Part shown: positions 18,216 to 27,486 of the stretch, in pieces | Layout of the letters: each line of letters begins with the position of its first letter | How positions within the stretch are numbered: position 1 is the stretch's first letter | From: an uncultured Bacteroidales bacterium | GTDB lineage: Bacteria > Bacteroidota > Bacteroidia > Bacteroidales > Paludibacteraceae | DNA: 64,000 bases | Reading direction: 5' to 3' | Assembly (NCBI GenBank): GCA_946186735.1 | Contig: CAMHOK010000001.1 | Location: forward strand, 446-64,445 | Notes under the pieces: generated by a model | What the model saw: the letters and a program-made list of their open reading frames with translations, nothing else | What the model was told of the DNA's origin: nothing | The model's database searches: none | Position numbers and translations under genes: made by a program

Positions 18216-19016
18216 TTACTCGTTGAGTTCATGTTGTGTACCTAAGGGTCGGTCGGGGTCGTAGATCCATCCCCATTTATTGAAGTACCGGCACATATTA
18301 ACTATATGTATCCATAGCATTTTCAAGCTTTTATATGAGGCTTGTTCGTGGTGGTGAATGATGGTTTGGTAGGGATAGAAGAGGGTTTGATAATGTTGGT
18401 TGAGTCGTCTTGTGAGGTCGATATCTTCGGGGTACATAAAGAAGCGTTCGTCGAAGAGTCCTACTCTTCTGAGGGCTTCTACTCTGAGTAGCATGAAGCA
18501 GCCGGAGAGGTATGGCACTTCCATTATATGGTCGTAGCCTGAGGAGCGCATCTCAAAGCGGTTTCTCATGTCTCTTCCGATAGACTTAGGTAGGAAGCGG
18601 CGTGCGAAGAGGTCGAGTGGTGTGGGCAGTTGTTTGCACAGGTATTGCACGGAGCCGTCGGGATAGAGGACTTTAGGTGAGAGCAGTGCGACAAACGGGT
18701 GTCGGTTCATGTAAAGGACCATGTCTTCGAGAGCTGAGGCGGTGAACTCAACATCGGCATTGACAACGAGGTGGTAGTCAGCGCCTTGACTGACGGACTC
18801 GCGCAAGGCGATGTTGTGGGCTTTGCCGTAGCCTAAGTTGGCATTGTTGAAGCGGTAGGTCACCTTCTCCTCAGTTAGTGATGAGAGGTAAGGGGAGGCT
18901 TTTGGGGAGTTGTCGATGATAAAAACACGCCTTACCCATTCCATCGGCAAGACGGTGTTGAGAAGGCGTTGTATCTGATCTTCGGGGGTGTTATATGTTA
19001 CTACCGAGACATTCAT
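18216..19016 (-). CDS. Glycosyltransferase family 2
   Basis: GT-A fold N-terminus (VSVVTYNT...IIDNSP) and DxD-like region. 4-nt overlap with the upstream GT gene. Confidence 0.8.
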   Translation of the reverse strand: MNVSVVTYNTPEDQIQRLLNTVLPMEWVRRVFIIDNSPKASPYLSSLTEEKVTYRFNNANLGYGKAHNIALRESVSQGADYHLVVNADVEFTASALEDMVLYMNRHPFVALLSPKVLYPDGSVQYLCKQLPTPLDLFARRFLPKSIGRDMRNRFEMRSSGYDHIMEVPYLSGCFMLLRVEALRRVGLFDERFFMYPEDIDLTRRLNQHYQTLFYPYQTIIHHHEQASYKSLKMLWIHIVNMCRYFNKWGWIYDPDRPLGTQHELNE

Positions 19017-19771
19017 TTCTTATATTTGAGCACTCCGTTGATAGCCCAATGTGTTAAGTAATAGAGACTTTTTATCACCGATAGTCCTTCGGCTTTGCGA
19101 TAGACAAGGTATTGCGGGCGGATCATCTTTTTCTTGTTGTGTGAGACGGAGGAACTGACGATGCGATAGGCTCCGAGTATCTTTTGGTTGCCGTAAGCCA
19201 CTCCTGCTTTTTTTATTATCTCGAGCCAGAAGACATAGTCGTCGCGCAGCGAACGGAACTCCTCACGCAGATAGATCTTGCCGTGGGGCTGAGTGTCGTA
19301 GAGGGCAGTGAGACAAGTGATGGAGCAGGTGCGCAGCAGGTCTTTGTAGGTTATTTTCTCGGGAGGATAGAAGGGGCTGAGGATGTCATTGCCATTGGCA
19401 TCGATGCGCCTATGTGCTCCATAGACGAGCACCGTCTGTTTCTCTTTCATCAGGCTCAGTTGCCACTCGAGGAACTGCGGCACCCAGATGTCGTCAGCGT
19501 CAAGCAGGGCTAAGTAGCGTCCTTGAGCTCGGCGTATGCCGTTGTTGCGGGCGGCAGCACTGCCTGCGTTGGCTTGAGAGAAGACCTTGATACGGTTGTC
19601 GCGGGAGGCATAATCGCGGGCTATGAGCTCGCTGCGGTCGGTGCTACCATCGTTGATGATGAGCATCTCCCAATCGGTATAGGTCTGAGCAAGAACACTC
19701 TCGATGGTCTCACTCAAAAAGCGTTCGCCGTTATATAGAGGGGTGATGATACTTACTAAGGTGTCTTTCAT
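19013..19771 (-). CDS. Glycosyltransferase family 2
   Basis: VSIITPLYNGERFL...INDGSTD...LDADD motifs. Confidence 0.85.
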   Translation of the reverse strand: MKDTLVSIITPLYNGERFLSETIESVLAQTYTDWEMLIINDGSTDRSELIARDYASRDNRIKVFSQANAGSAAARNNGIRRAQGRYLALLDADDIWVPQFLEWQLSLMKEKQTVLVYGAHRRIDANGNDILSPFYPPEKITYKDLLRTCSITCLTALYDTQPHGKIYLREEFRSLRDDYVFWLEIIKKAGVAYGNQKILGAYRIVSSSVSHNKKKMIRPQYLVYRKAEGLSVIKSLYYLTHWAINGVLKYKK

Positions 19772-19804
19772 TGCTTTTTGGTATATGCTTCAGTAAAGTA
19801 GCGG

Positions 19805-19812
19805 CAAAGATA
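19805..19812 (-). promoter_or_regulatory. -7 box TATCTTTG internal to the glycosyltransferase cluster
   Basis: Minus-strand TAnnTTTG match 34 nt upstream of the 19771 start, in the only real intergenic gap of the cluster. Confidence 0.45.
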
Positions 19813-19843
19813 CGATTTTATTTTGTATCAACCAAATTTGCAA

Positions 19844-20575
19844 TCATTCTTTTCTTAGCTTATAAGCGATAGCGAAGCCTATGACATGTCTGAGCACCAC
19901 CACCCGGCTCCATATCTTTGTCCATAGACTGCGGCGGCTTCGGTGCCAGATGTTTTCTGCGAGGTTGGTGTGTGCCAGGTCGTGTCGCCGATAGATGATG
20001 TAAGGCTTGTCGAGGAAATAAGTCTTGCCTATGATCTCGGCTACGAGTCCGAGCCAGATGTCGTGTCCTATCTCGTCGGTCTCGGGGAAAGGCAGAGCAG
20101 CCTCCACCACTCGGCGGCGCATAGCCATACAAGCACCGAAGTAAGTGTTGTTCAGCGAGTTCTTTATTATACCCTTGCCTGAGTGATAGAAAGTGAAGAA
20201 CGAGTCATTAAACACATGTAAGTCTTTGTCTGCCAGTTGGCTATCGTGCACCACGAGGTCGTACTCTTGCAGTGCTTCAAGGCAGGCCTCTACCTTACCC
20301 GGCAGCCACACATCGTCTTGGTCGGAGAGGAAGACAAAGTCGCCATGGGCATGACTCAAGGCATTGAGGAAGTTCCATTTGAAGCCGTGTCGAGTATTCA
20401 GACAGATGACTATCCGCGGGTCGTTGAGCGAGCGGATGATGTCGAGTGTGTGGTCTTGCGAGCCATCGTCAGACACTATCACCTCGTCGTCAGAGCTGAG
20501 TTGAGGGAGGATAGAGCGTATCTGCTGTTCGACATACTTCTCTCCGTTATATGTGGCAATGCAAACACTGATCAT
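19844..20575 (-). CDS. Glycosyltransferase family 2
   Basis: ISVCIATYNGEKYV...VSDDGSQD...SDQDD motifs. The start at MISVC (20575) gives an ATGA overlap with the upstream gene; the longer ORF start is rejected. Confidence 0.8.
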   Translation of the reverse strand: MISVCIATYNGEKYVEQQIRSILPQLSSDDEVIVSDDGSQDHTLDIIRSLNDPRIVICLNTRHGFKWNFLNALSHAHGDFVFLSDQDDVWLPGKVEACLEALQEYDLVVHDSQLADKDLHVFNDSFFTFYHSGKGIIKNSLNNTYFGACMAMRRRVVEAALPFPETDEIGHDIWLGLVAEIIGKTYFLDKPYIIYRRHDLAHTNLAENIWHRSRRSLWTKIWSRVVVLRHVIGFAIAYKLRKE

Positions 20576-21591
20576 GACTGAAGCGAGAGGTTGATGGTTT
20601 GATATTGCTGAGCTATCTGTTCCCACGATGTCGGCACATTGTTCTTGACATACTCTTGCGAGCGTTCTTGCCACTTATCGAGAGTATGTGTATCTTCTAA
20701 GAGAGAGAGAATGGTCCGGGCAGCTTTGTCGGTGTCAGCGAGTGGAAGGAGCCGTTCTTGTTCGGAGGTGGTGAAGGGTCCTTTGTTGCTCACCACCACG
20801 CAGCCGTTGACGGCGGCAGCAAGGAACGAGCCTCGGCGCTCCGACAACCCGTCAGGGTAGGGGAGGTATGCCACTTTGGTGTGGTTGAGCATGGCTGCCA
20901 CCTCTTCCTTGGTCTTGTCGCCGATATACTCTATACCCTTCTCGTTGAGCCGGTTGAGCATGGCTGCTCCATAGTCGGCCGTTTCTTTCTGTGTCTGTCC
21001 CATGACATAGACCCGACAGCCTTTTCTTTTCTCACGCAACTCGGTGGCAACAGAGAGAAAGTCTTCCAGTCCTTTGTTAGGTCGGATGAAGCCGAAGAAG
21101 CACACATCCCACTCTCGCTCAGACATAGGCTTGAGCTCGGCAACAACGGGTATGTTTGAGTTGATCTTGATGATGGCTGTTCGTCGCAACCACGGGTTGC
21201 GCCGGCGGGCAGCATCGCGTTCGAACTCGGTGGTGAAGATGACGGTGGAGGCTATGAGAAAGAGCAGGGTCAATGCCAGCTTACCTTTCCAACCCAACTG
21301 CGAATATTCGTGTATGGTGAGCACGAGTCTTCGGTGAAGACAGAGCACGGCATAGAGAGCAAGCAAGTGGGGCGTGAGGTGCGTGGAATAGCCCATGGTG
21401 GGGTATTGCAGGTTAATGACCTTGTCGGTGGTCCGCTTGAGTTGACGGCACAGCTGACGGAGGTTGCTCATCTGCCAGTTGCGCTCATAGAAAAGATGGA
21501 AAGAGCTGCCGGTGGGTGTGGAAAGGATACATTGAGTGTAGTCGCCTACACCGCAGCGCTCGGGTGGATATGTGCCGGTGATGATTAGCAT
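20572..21591 (-). CDS. Glycosyltransferase family 4 (GT-B fold)
   Basis: N-terminal PPERCGVGDY and C-terminal ...AYLPYPDGLSERRGSFLAA motifs are typical of GT1/GT4 enzymes. Confidence 0.75.
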   Translation of the reverse strand: MLIITGTYPPERCGVGDYTQCILSTPTGSSFHLFYERNWQMSNLRQLCRQLKRTTDKVINLQYPTMGYSTHLTPHLLALYAVLCLHRRLVLTIHEYSQLGWKGKLALTLLFLIASTVIFTTEFERDAARRRNPWLRRTAIIKINSNIPVVAELKPMSEREWDVCFFGFIRPNKGLEDFLSVATELREKRKGCRVYVMGQTQKETADYGAAMLNRLNEKGIEYIGDKTKEEVAAMLNHTKVAYLPYPDGLSERRGSFLAAAVNGCVVVSNKGPFTTSEQERLLPLADTDKAARTILSLLEDTHTLDKWQERSQEYVKNNVPTSWEQIAQQYQTINLSLQS

Positions 21592-21595
21592 AAGG

Positions 21596-22789
21596 TTAGC
21601 GTTTGCGTTTCAACTCATCTTGATAGAGGTCGAAGACATACTTGCGTTGCTCGTAGGTATGGGTCTTCTGCACGAGGAAGTTCTCGTAGTCATATAGTAT
21701 GTTGTTCGACAGGTTGTGCATCTTTATGACGATGACGGTGCTGATGAGGATGGCGAAGACTGGGGCTGTTACTCGGTCTAAGTACTTGAGCAGCATGGGG
21801 TACATCACCCAGCAGCCAAAACTGAACAGTGCTCCGAAGCGTGTGATGAAGATGTCGAACTCATAGCCATAGAGGCAGATGAGCACGAAGATGGTCATGG
21901 CGTTGATATAGATGAGCAGTGGTTTATCATCGCTGATCATGCGGTGCTGAACGAAGAGTACGAGCAGGAAGGCGATGGTGCGTTCTATATATCCGAGGGT
22001 GAAGCCGTAAACGCGACTGAAGATAGCGTTGTCAACATAGTTGAGCACACGCTCTTGCATCTCTTCGGGCATGAAGTGTGCCACTTGGCGGATGATAAGG
22101 CTTACCGAAGGGAGACCGAACAGGTAGATGATGTTTCCCACTACGAAGAGTGCGAGCACAACGAGCAAGGGCATACGACGGTGTATGAAGAAATAGCAGG
22201 GTGCGAGCACTATGATAGACCAGTGGAAGGTGAGAGCAAGAGCAAAGAGAAGATAGTGTTTTAGCCATTCTCTTGACTCTATATACCTCAGTGAGTAGAG
22301 GAAGATGAGCAATCCCTTGACATTACGCATGAGGTCGGTCTCGAAAGTGAATCCGTAGAAGACGAAGAACACGGCGAGAGCGAATACGAAATACTTATGT
22401 GTCACGCTGTGCTTGAGGAAAGCGTAGAGTAGCAGAGCATCGATGAGTGTGGAGAAGAAGACGAGGAAGTTGTAAGCGGCTTGCCCATGCAGACCGACGA
22501 GGTCGGTGATGGTGAAGAAGAAAGAGATGTATATGTTCCACCCGGGTTCGTTGAAGGTCCACTTGTGAGAAGTGAAATCTTTGAGCGGCACGGCGTTGAT
22601 GAAGTCGCGATAGTAGTTGGTCCAGTCCCATCCGATGAAGCCTCGACCGCCGATGAACAAGATGAAAAGCACAATGGAGAGTATGCTCAAACAGCGTTGG
22701 CTCTTCTCGGTAAGCGGAACAGCAGTCTGGAGCAATGCCAACAACAGCAGCACCAAGATAAAAACTATGTAAGGAAATGAGTAAGACAT
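21596..22789 (-). CDS. EpsG-family polysaccharide polymerase-like membrane protein
   Basis: About 10 predicted TM helices. The GRGFIGWDWTNYY segment is typical of EpsG/Wzy-like proteins. Embedded among GT genes. Confidence 0.7.
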   Translation of the reverse strand: MSYSFPYIVFILVLLLLALLQTAVPLTEKSQRCLSILSIVLFILFIGGRGFIGWDWTNYYRDFINAVPLKDFTSHKWTFNEPGWNIYISFFFTITDLVGLHGQAAYNFLVFFSTLIDALLLYAFLKHSVTHKYFVFALAVFFVFYGFTFETDLMRNVKGLLIFLYSLRYIESREWLKHYLLFALALTFHWSIIVLAPCYFFIHRRMPLLVVLALFVVGNIIYLFGLPSVSLIIRQVAHFMPEEMQERVLNYVDNAIFSRVYGFTLGYIERTIAFLLVLFVQHRMISDDKPLLIYINAMTIFVLICLYGYEFDIFITRFGALFSFGCWVMYPMLLKYLDRVTAPVFAILISTVIVIKMHNLSNNILYDYENFLVQKTHTYEQRKYVFDLYQDELKRKR

Positions 22790-22793
22790 AGCT

Positions 22794-22828
22794 TTTCAAC
22801 TTTCAACTTTCAACTTTTCAACTTTTAC
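22794..22828. repeat. Short tandem repeat TTTCAAC x3 + TTTTCAAC at the GT2 stop / EpsG start junction
   Basis: Read directly. Encodes the KVEKLKVES C-terminus of the 22796..23704 gene on the minus strand. Confidence 0.9.
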
Positions 22829-23704
22829 ATGTCGTAGTCGGTATCTCCAGAACTCTTGTTTCTGTTTGTTGGCAGTGAGAGTGAAGAACAAGAGTCGGAG
22901 CAGGCAGTTGAGCGTAAGTATAGCGTCTGCCAGACGATGTTCGAGCCGTGAGGTTGTCTTGTTCAGATAGGTTTGCCTTGAGGGCATCATGTAGGTCTGT
23001 CTCTCGAGCATTGAGCCGATGGTCTGACTCTCAAGGTGGCAGATGTGTGCTTGTGGTACACTGATTATCTTATATCCATGGCGTCGTATGCGGTAGCACA
23101 GCTCTGTCTCTTCGTAGAAGAGGAAGAAGTCGTCGGAGAAAGGTCCCACCTGCCGGATGACCTCTGCTCTTGTCATCAGGTCGGCACCGATGATATATCC
23201 CACCTCTTTGGGTCGGCCGGTGTGGTTAAACTTGAGCGAGGAGCGGTGTCGGAGCCTGAGCCATAGGTTCGACCATAGCTCGTTCCATTCCATCCTTGCT
23301 CCGGGCAGCAGCGGCCAATAAGAGAACTGCTCGGCACCTTGCGCGTTGCTCAGGTTGCCTCCGCATGCGCCTACCTCAAGGTTAGCGTCAAGGAAATGTG
23401 AGAGCACACTCACGGCATCGTTGAGGAGCCGAGTGTCGGGATTGAGGAAGAAGAGGTGTCTGCCTCTTGCCTCTCTTATACCTTCGTTGTTGGCGCGTGC
23501 AAAGCCTAAGTTGTCATCAAGTCGGATGAGACGAAGGTTGTAGGTCTGTTGAGCGTCAAGTAGCAACGAGAGGTCAGAAGAGTGGTTGTCAACCACGATC
23601 AACTCATAACTCACCCCTTTGGTTAAGTCAACAACCGACCTCACTGCCTCAACAAGCAATGCAGACGCGTTGTAATTGACTATTATGATACTTACATCTA
23701 TCAA
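22796..23704 (-). CDS. Glycosyltransferase family 2 (TTG start)
   Basis: VSIIIVNYN...VVDNHSSD...NPDT motifs. No in-frame ATG near the N-terminus. Confidence 0.8.
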   Translation of the reverse strand: MIDVSIIIVNYNASALLVEAVRSVVDLTKGVSYELIVVDNHSSDLSLLLDAQQTYNLRLIRLDDNLGFARANNEGIREARGRHLFFLNPDTRLLNDAVSVLSHFLDANLEVGACGGNLSNAQGAEQFSYWPLLPGARMEWNELWSNLWLRLRHRSSLKFNHTGRPKEVGYIIGADLMTRAEVIRQVGPFSDDFFLFYEETELCYRIRRHGYKIISVPQAHICHLESQTIGSMLERQTYMMPSRQTYLNKTTSRLEHRLADAILTLNCLLRLLFFTLTANKQKQEFWRYRLRHVKVEKLKVES

Positions 23705-23751
23705 GACCTAAAGGGATGAGGGTGAGTTTTTCTCTTGTCTGTATTTACAAA

Positions 23752-23794
23752 TTACGAATTACTACAGCTCCTCAGAGCGGTTAGTAATTCGTAA
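23752..23794 (-). terminator. Hairpin downstream of rpsP
   Basis: Perfect 13-bp arms TTACGAATTACTA/TAGTAATTCGTAA with a 17-nt loop, 22 nt after the rpsP stop. The T-tract is weak. Confidence 0.5.
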
Positions 23795-23815
23795 GATGTA
23801 ATCAGCAGAAACGCT

Positions 23816-24346
23816 TTATTCAGCCTGTGCTTCAGGTGCGGCTTCTTGTGCAGCCTCAGCAGCTTTTTGTGCTTCAGCCTCTAAGAGAGCTTGCTTCTTC
23901 TGAGCTACTTTCTGAGCGATAGCTTTGTTGGTCTCTTGCTCTTGCTGGAGGGCTTTGCGTTGAGCAGCTAATTTCTTGTCGGCTTCCTCTTTCGAGATCT
24001 TACCGAGTTTCTGATCTTTCTGTGCCTTCCAAGCATCGAAACGACGCTGTGCTTCTTCCTCAGAGAAAGCGCCTTTCTTCACGCCACCGCAGAGGTGCTT
24101 CATGAGCATAACGCCCTCACCTGAGAGGATGTTGCGAACGGTGTCGGTCGGTTGAGCACCTACACCTATCCAATACATAGCGCGGTCGAAATTGAGGTCA
24201 ACCGTTGCAGGGTTGGTGTTAGGGTTGTAAGAACCAATGCGTTCAATGTACTTGCCATCGCGAGGAGCGCGGCTGTCGGCTACTACGATGTGGTAGTATG
24301 CATAGTCTTTATGACCATGACGAGCCAAACGAATCTTTGTTGCCAT
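23816..24346 (-). CDS. rpsP: 30S ribosomal protein S16 with long Lys/Ala/Glu-rich C-terminal extension
   Basis: [42 protein letters not shown]. The start is set at the internal ATG (24346), not the 204-aa ORF start. Confidence 0.92.
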   Translation of the reverse strand: MATKIRLARHGHKDYAYYHIVVADSRAPRDGKYIERIGSYNPNTNPATVDLNFDRAMYWIGVGAQPTDTVRNILSGEGVMLMKHLCGGVKKGAFSEEEAQRRFDAWKAQKDQKLGKISKEEADKKLAAQRKALQQEQETNKAIAQKVAQKKQALLEAEAQKAAEAAQEAAPEAQAE

Positions 24347-24441
24347 AAATGTGTTGTTTGTTTTGCGCCGATAACACGGCATAGTTACTACTATAGGGGT
24401 CAACCCGTGACCCTTAACGGGCTTTTTCACGAAAAGCGCGG

Positions 24442-24449
24442 CAAAGATA
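24442..24449 (-). promoter_or_regulatory. -7 box TATCTTTG for rpsP
   Basis: Minus-strand TAnnTTTG match, leaving a leader of about 95 nt. Confidence 0.5.
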
Positions 24450-24529
24450 CAACTTTTATTTCATTCAACAAAATTTTCTTCGATTGAAAGGTGAAAACAT
24501 GAGTTTATTGCAGTTTAAGAAAAAATGTG

Positions 24530-24537
24530 TAACTTTG
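24530..24537 (+). promoter_or_regulatory. -7 box TAACTTTG for ychF
   Basis: TAnnTTTG match 44 nt upstream of the start. Confidence 0.5.
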
Positions 24538-24580
24538 CGCTCCGAAAAGAAAAACAGTAACAAAATAATCATACATAATA

Positions 24581-25687
24581 ATGTCGTTGAAATGTGGAAT
24601 AGTGGGACTCCCCAATGTGGGTAAGTCAACTCTTTTTAATTGTCTTAGCAATGCTAAGGCGCAGTCAGCCAATTTTCCTTTCTGCACTATAGAACCGAAT
24701 GTGGGTGTTATCACCGTACCTGATGAGCGCCTCAATGTGTTGGCTCAGATATGTCATCCGGAGCGTGGCATCATTCCTACCACGGTGGAGATAGTGGACA
24801 TAGCCGGTTTAGTCAAAGGTGCGTCGAAAGGTGAGGGATTAGGTAATAAGTTTCTTGCCAACATCCGCGAGACGGATGCCATTCTGCATGTGCTTCGCTG
24901 TTTTGACGATGACAATGTTGTTCATGTTGACGGTTCGGTTGACCCTGTTCGTGACAAAGAGATTATTGATGCTGAGTTGCAGCTCAAGGACCTGGAGACA
25001 GTAGAGTCGCGCATACAGAAATGTGAGAAGCAGGCTCGTGCGGGTCAGGACAAGCAGGCGCAGTTGGCGTTGGGTGTCCTTCTTAAGTTCCGTGAGGCGC
25101 TCTCGGAAGGTCGTTCGGCTCGCACCGTGGTGTTAGACAACAAAGACGAAGAGCAGGTGGCACGCGAGATGTTCTTGCTCACTCGTAAGCCTGTGCTCTA
25201 TGTATGTAATGTGGACGAAGCGTCTGCGGTGAGCGGCAACAAGTATGTGGAGCAGGTGCGTGAGGCTGTGAAGGACGAGGATGCTCAGGTGCTGGTCTTG
25301 GCAGCGAAGATAGAGTCGGAGATAGCTGAGTTGGAGACTTATGATGAGCGTCAGATGTTCCTTGAGGAGTTGGGCTTGGAGGAGTCGGGTGTCAACCGAC
25401 TTATCAAAGCGGCATACTCACTGCTTCAACTGCGCACATTCCTCACAGCGGGAAGCGACGAGGTGCGCGCCTGGACTTTCCGCGAAGGTATGAAGGCACC
25501 GCAGTGTGCGGGCGTTATCCATACCGACTTCGAGAGAGGCTTTATCCGTGCTGAGGTCATCAAGTATCAGGACTTCGTGGAGTTAGGAGGTGAGAGCCAA
25601 TGTCGTCAGGCAGGCAAGCTGTCGGTAGAAGGAAAAGACTATCTGGTCAAGGACGGCGACATCATGCACTTCTTGTTTAATGTATAA
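24581..25687 (+). CDS. ychF: Redox-regulated ribosome-binding ATPase YchF
   Basis: [16 protein letters not shown]1 motif and the C-terminal TGS-like domain ([11 protein letters not shown]). Confidence 0.95.
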   Translation: MSLKCGIVGLPNVGKSTLFNCLSNAKAQSANFPFCTIEPNVGVITVPDERLNVLAQICHPERGIIPTTVEIVDIAGLVKGASKGEGLGNKFLANIRETDAILHVLRCFDDDNVVHVDGSVDPVRDKEIIDAELQLKDLETVESRIQKCEKQARAGQDKQAQLALGVLLKFREALSEGRSARTVVLDNKDEEQVAREMFLLTRKPVLYVCNVDEASAVSGNKYVEQVREAVKDEDAQVLVLAAKIESEIAELETYDERQMFLEELGLEESGVNRLIKAAYSLLQLRTFLTAGSDEVRAWTFREGMKAPQCAGVIHTDFERGFIRAEVIKYQDFVELGGESQCRQAGKLSVEGKDYLVKDGDIMHFLFNV

Positions 25688-25698
25688 TCCGGATAACT

Positions 25699-26679
25699 AT
25701 GGAAACATTAATGAGTAATATGTGGATTGTGGCAGCAATCATGTTGGTCGGACTTGTCTTGCTTGTCAAGAGTGCCGATTGGCTTGTTGATGGTGCGTCA
25801 GCTCTTGCTAAGCGTTTTGGTATAAGCGACTTGGTTATCGGTCTGACGGTAGTAGCTTTTGGCACATCGATGCCTGAGTTCGTGGTCAACATGGTATCGG
25901 TGGCAGACGGCGTAACCGACTTGGCGCTAACCAACATACTTGGTTCAAACATCATCAACACCTATGTTATATTAGGTGTCACGGCACTGATCTATCCTAT
26001 TGCCACGCAGAAGCGTACACGCGATTTCGATCTGCCGCTTGGTATCATTGCCGGTTTGGCAGTTATTATGATAAGTGTGATATCTCCCATGTTGGGTATG
26101 CCTGATGGTATCAACAGATGGGGTGGAGTGGTTTTGCTTGTGATCTTCATCATCTTCATGCATCTTACTATGCGTCATGCTAAAGACCATACTGACGAGC
26201 TTGAGACTTCCACTTATTCTTCGATGCCCCTATGGCGTGCTATCATACTCATATTGGTAGGTCTGATTGGTTTGGTCGTAGGAGGTGAGATGATAGTGAA
26301 GAGTGCGGTTAAGATAGCTGTGCAGTTGGGAGTGAGCGATGCCATCATCGGTCTGACGATAGTAGCGTTGGGTACCTCGCTGCCTGAGTTGGCTACCTCG
26401 GCGGTGGCTGCCTTCAAGAAGAACTCCGACATAGCCATAGGCAATGTGGCAGGAAGCAATATCTTCAATGTGTTCTTTGTATTAGGTATGAGTGCCACTA
26501 TCCGTCCGTTGCCCGACTACGACAATATGATGCTTGACTCGGTGATGGTAGCTTTGGGCAGTATGCTGGTATGGCTCTTTGTCAAGATCTCGCATAAGCG
26601 CGAGCTGAACCGCTGGGGAGGAGTGTTGCTGCTTATCGTTTATGGAGCATATCTGGCATACCGACTGACACATGTGTGA
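25699..26679 (+). CDS. Ca2+/Na+ antiporter (CaCA/YrbG family)
   Basis: Two alpha-repeat motifs (GLTVVAFGTSMPEF and GLTIVALGTSLPEL) in a protein of about 10 TM helices. Confidence 0.88.
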   Translation: METLMSNMWIVAAIMLVGLVLLVKSADWLVDGASALAKRFGISDLVIGLTVVAFGTSMPEFVVNMVSVADGVTDLALTNILGSNIINTYVILGVTALIYPIATQKRTRDFDLPLGIIAGLAVIMISVISPMLGMPDGINRWGGVVLLVIFIIFMHLTMRHAKDHTDELETSTYSSMPLWRAIILILVGLIGLVVGGEMIVKSAVKIAVQLGVSDAIIGLTIVALGTSLPELATSAVAAFKKNSDIAIGNVAGSNIFNVFFVLGMSATIRPLPDYDNMMLDSVMVALGSMLVWLFVKISHKRELNRWGGVLLLIVYGAYLAYRLTHV

Positions 26680-26755
26680 GGTGGCGATAAGGATGGCGGA
26701 TGACAAAGATAAGTACTTTTTTCAAAAAAAATTTGCGTAATTGAAAGAATTGGCG

Positions 26756-26763
26756 TACCTTTG
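26756..26763 (+). promoter_or_regulatory. -7 box TACCTTTG for rpmH
   Basis: TAnnTTTG match 92 nt upstream of the rpmH ATG. Confidence 0.45.
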
Positions 26764-26854
26764 CAGCCGCTTTGAAAAAATACGTATTTTAATCAACCCA
26801 TCCGCCGGTAGCCGGTAGTTGAACTATAGGTCCGGAGGGCAAAATCTTACAACA

Positions 26855-27013
26855 ATGAAAAGAACATTTCAACCAAGTCAGAGAAAAAGACGTAATAAAC
26901 ACGGCTTCCTCGAGAGAATGGCTACAGCCAACGGCCGCCGAGTATTGGCAGCACGCCGCGCTAAAGGTCGCAAAAAACTGACAGTAGCAGACGAAGGTCG
27001 TCATAAGTATTAA
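26855..27013 (+). CDS. rpmH: 50S ribosomal protein L34
   Basis: [22 protein letters not shown]...GRKKLT. The internal ATG is chosen. Confidence 0.95.
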   Translation: MKRTFQPSQRKRRNKHGFLERMATANGRRVLAARRAKGRKKLTVADEGRHKY

Positions 27014-27044
27014 TAATATTCACTTATGTCTCTGTTAGGCAAAC

Positions 27045-27077
27045 GGGAAAAGAGCGTCGGCTCCTTTCCCATTTTTG
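27045..27077 (+). terminator. Rho-independent terminator after rpmH
   Basis: Stem GGGAAAAGAGC/GCTCCTTTCCC (one mismatch), GTCG loop, then ATTTTTGT. Confidence 0.75.
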
Positions 27078-27122
27078 TATGTTAGCAACCTGAAGGAGAC
27101 AACGAACCAATCATTTTTTAGT

Positions 27123-27458
27123 ATGCAGACAACAAGACAACAGAAAATAGAGCGATTGTTGCAGAAAGACTTAGGTGATATCTTCCTGAGTTTTGCGCGT
27201 CGTTTAGGCGGAACGCTCATCTCGGTGAGTGAAGTGCGCGTATCTCCCGACTTGTCGATAGCTCATGTCTATCTGAGCATCTATCCTCAGGACAAGGTGG
27301 CACCTACCATGGAGCTGATTGAGGAGAACCACGGCGCTATCCGTGGCGAGATGGGAACACGCGAGAGACATCAACTCCGTATCATACCGGAGCTGCATTT
27401 CCATATCGACCCCACACTCGACCGCATGGATCGTATCGACCAGTTGCTCAAGCAATAA
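27123..27458 (+). CDS. rbfA: Ribosome-binding factor A
   Basis: RQQKIERLLQKDLGDIF...VSEVRVSPDLSIAHVYLS pattern. The internal ATG is chosen. Confidence 0.88.
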   Translation: MQTTRQQKIERLLQKDLGDIFLSFARRLGGTLISVSEVRVSPDLSIAHVYLSIYPQDKVAPTMELIEENHGAIRGEMGTRERHQLRIIPELHFHIDPTLDRMDRIDQLLKQ

Positions 27459-27486
27459 TCATACATGAACGATCAACGAACACACA

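Noticed and set aside
23816-24060. The Lys/Ala/Glu-rich low-complexity tail of S16, and the similar tail of lipoprotein 40265..40996, considered as separate or fused genes or as repeat expansions.
   Set aside because: The tail is continuous in frame with the S16 core, and long charged C-terminal extensions on S16 are common in Bacteroidota. The nucleotide sequence is not a simple tandem repeat.
23816-24430. N-terminally extended ORF-track versions of rpsP (to 24430), rpmH (from 26819), rbfA (from 27075), GT2 (to 20674), xerD (from 29160), the GNAT-like gene (from 45665) and the HMA gene (from 43634).
   Set aside because: The extensions precede the conserved N-termini, overlap upstream genes or promoter boxes, and have non-protein-like sequence. 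Internal ATG starts reproduce the canonical protein N-termini.
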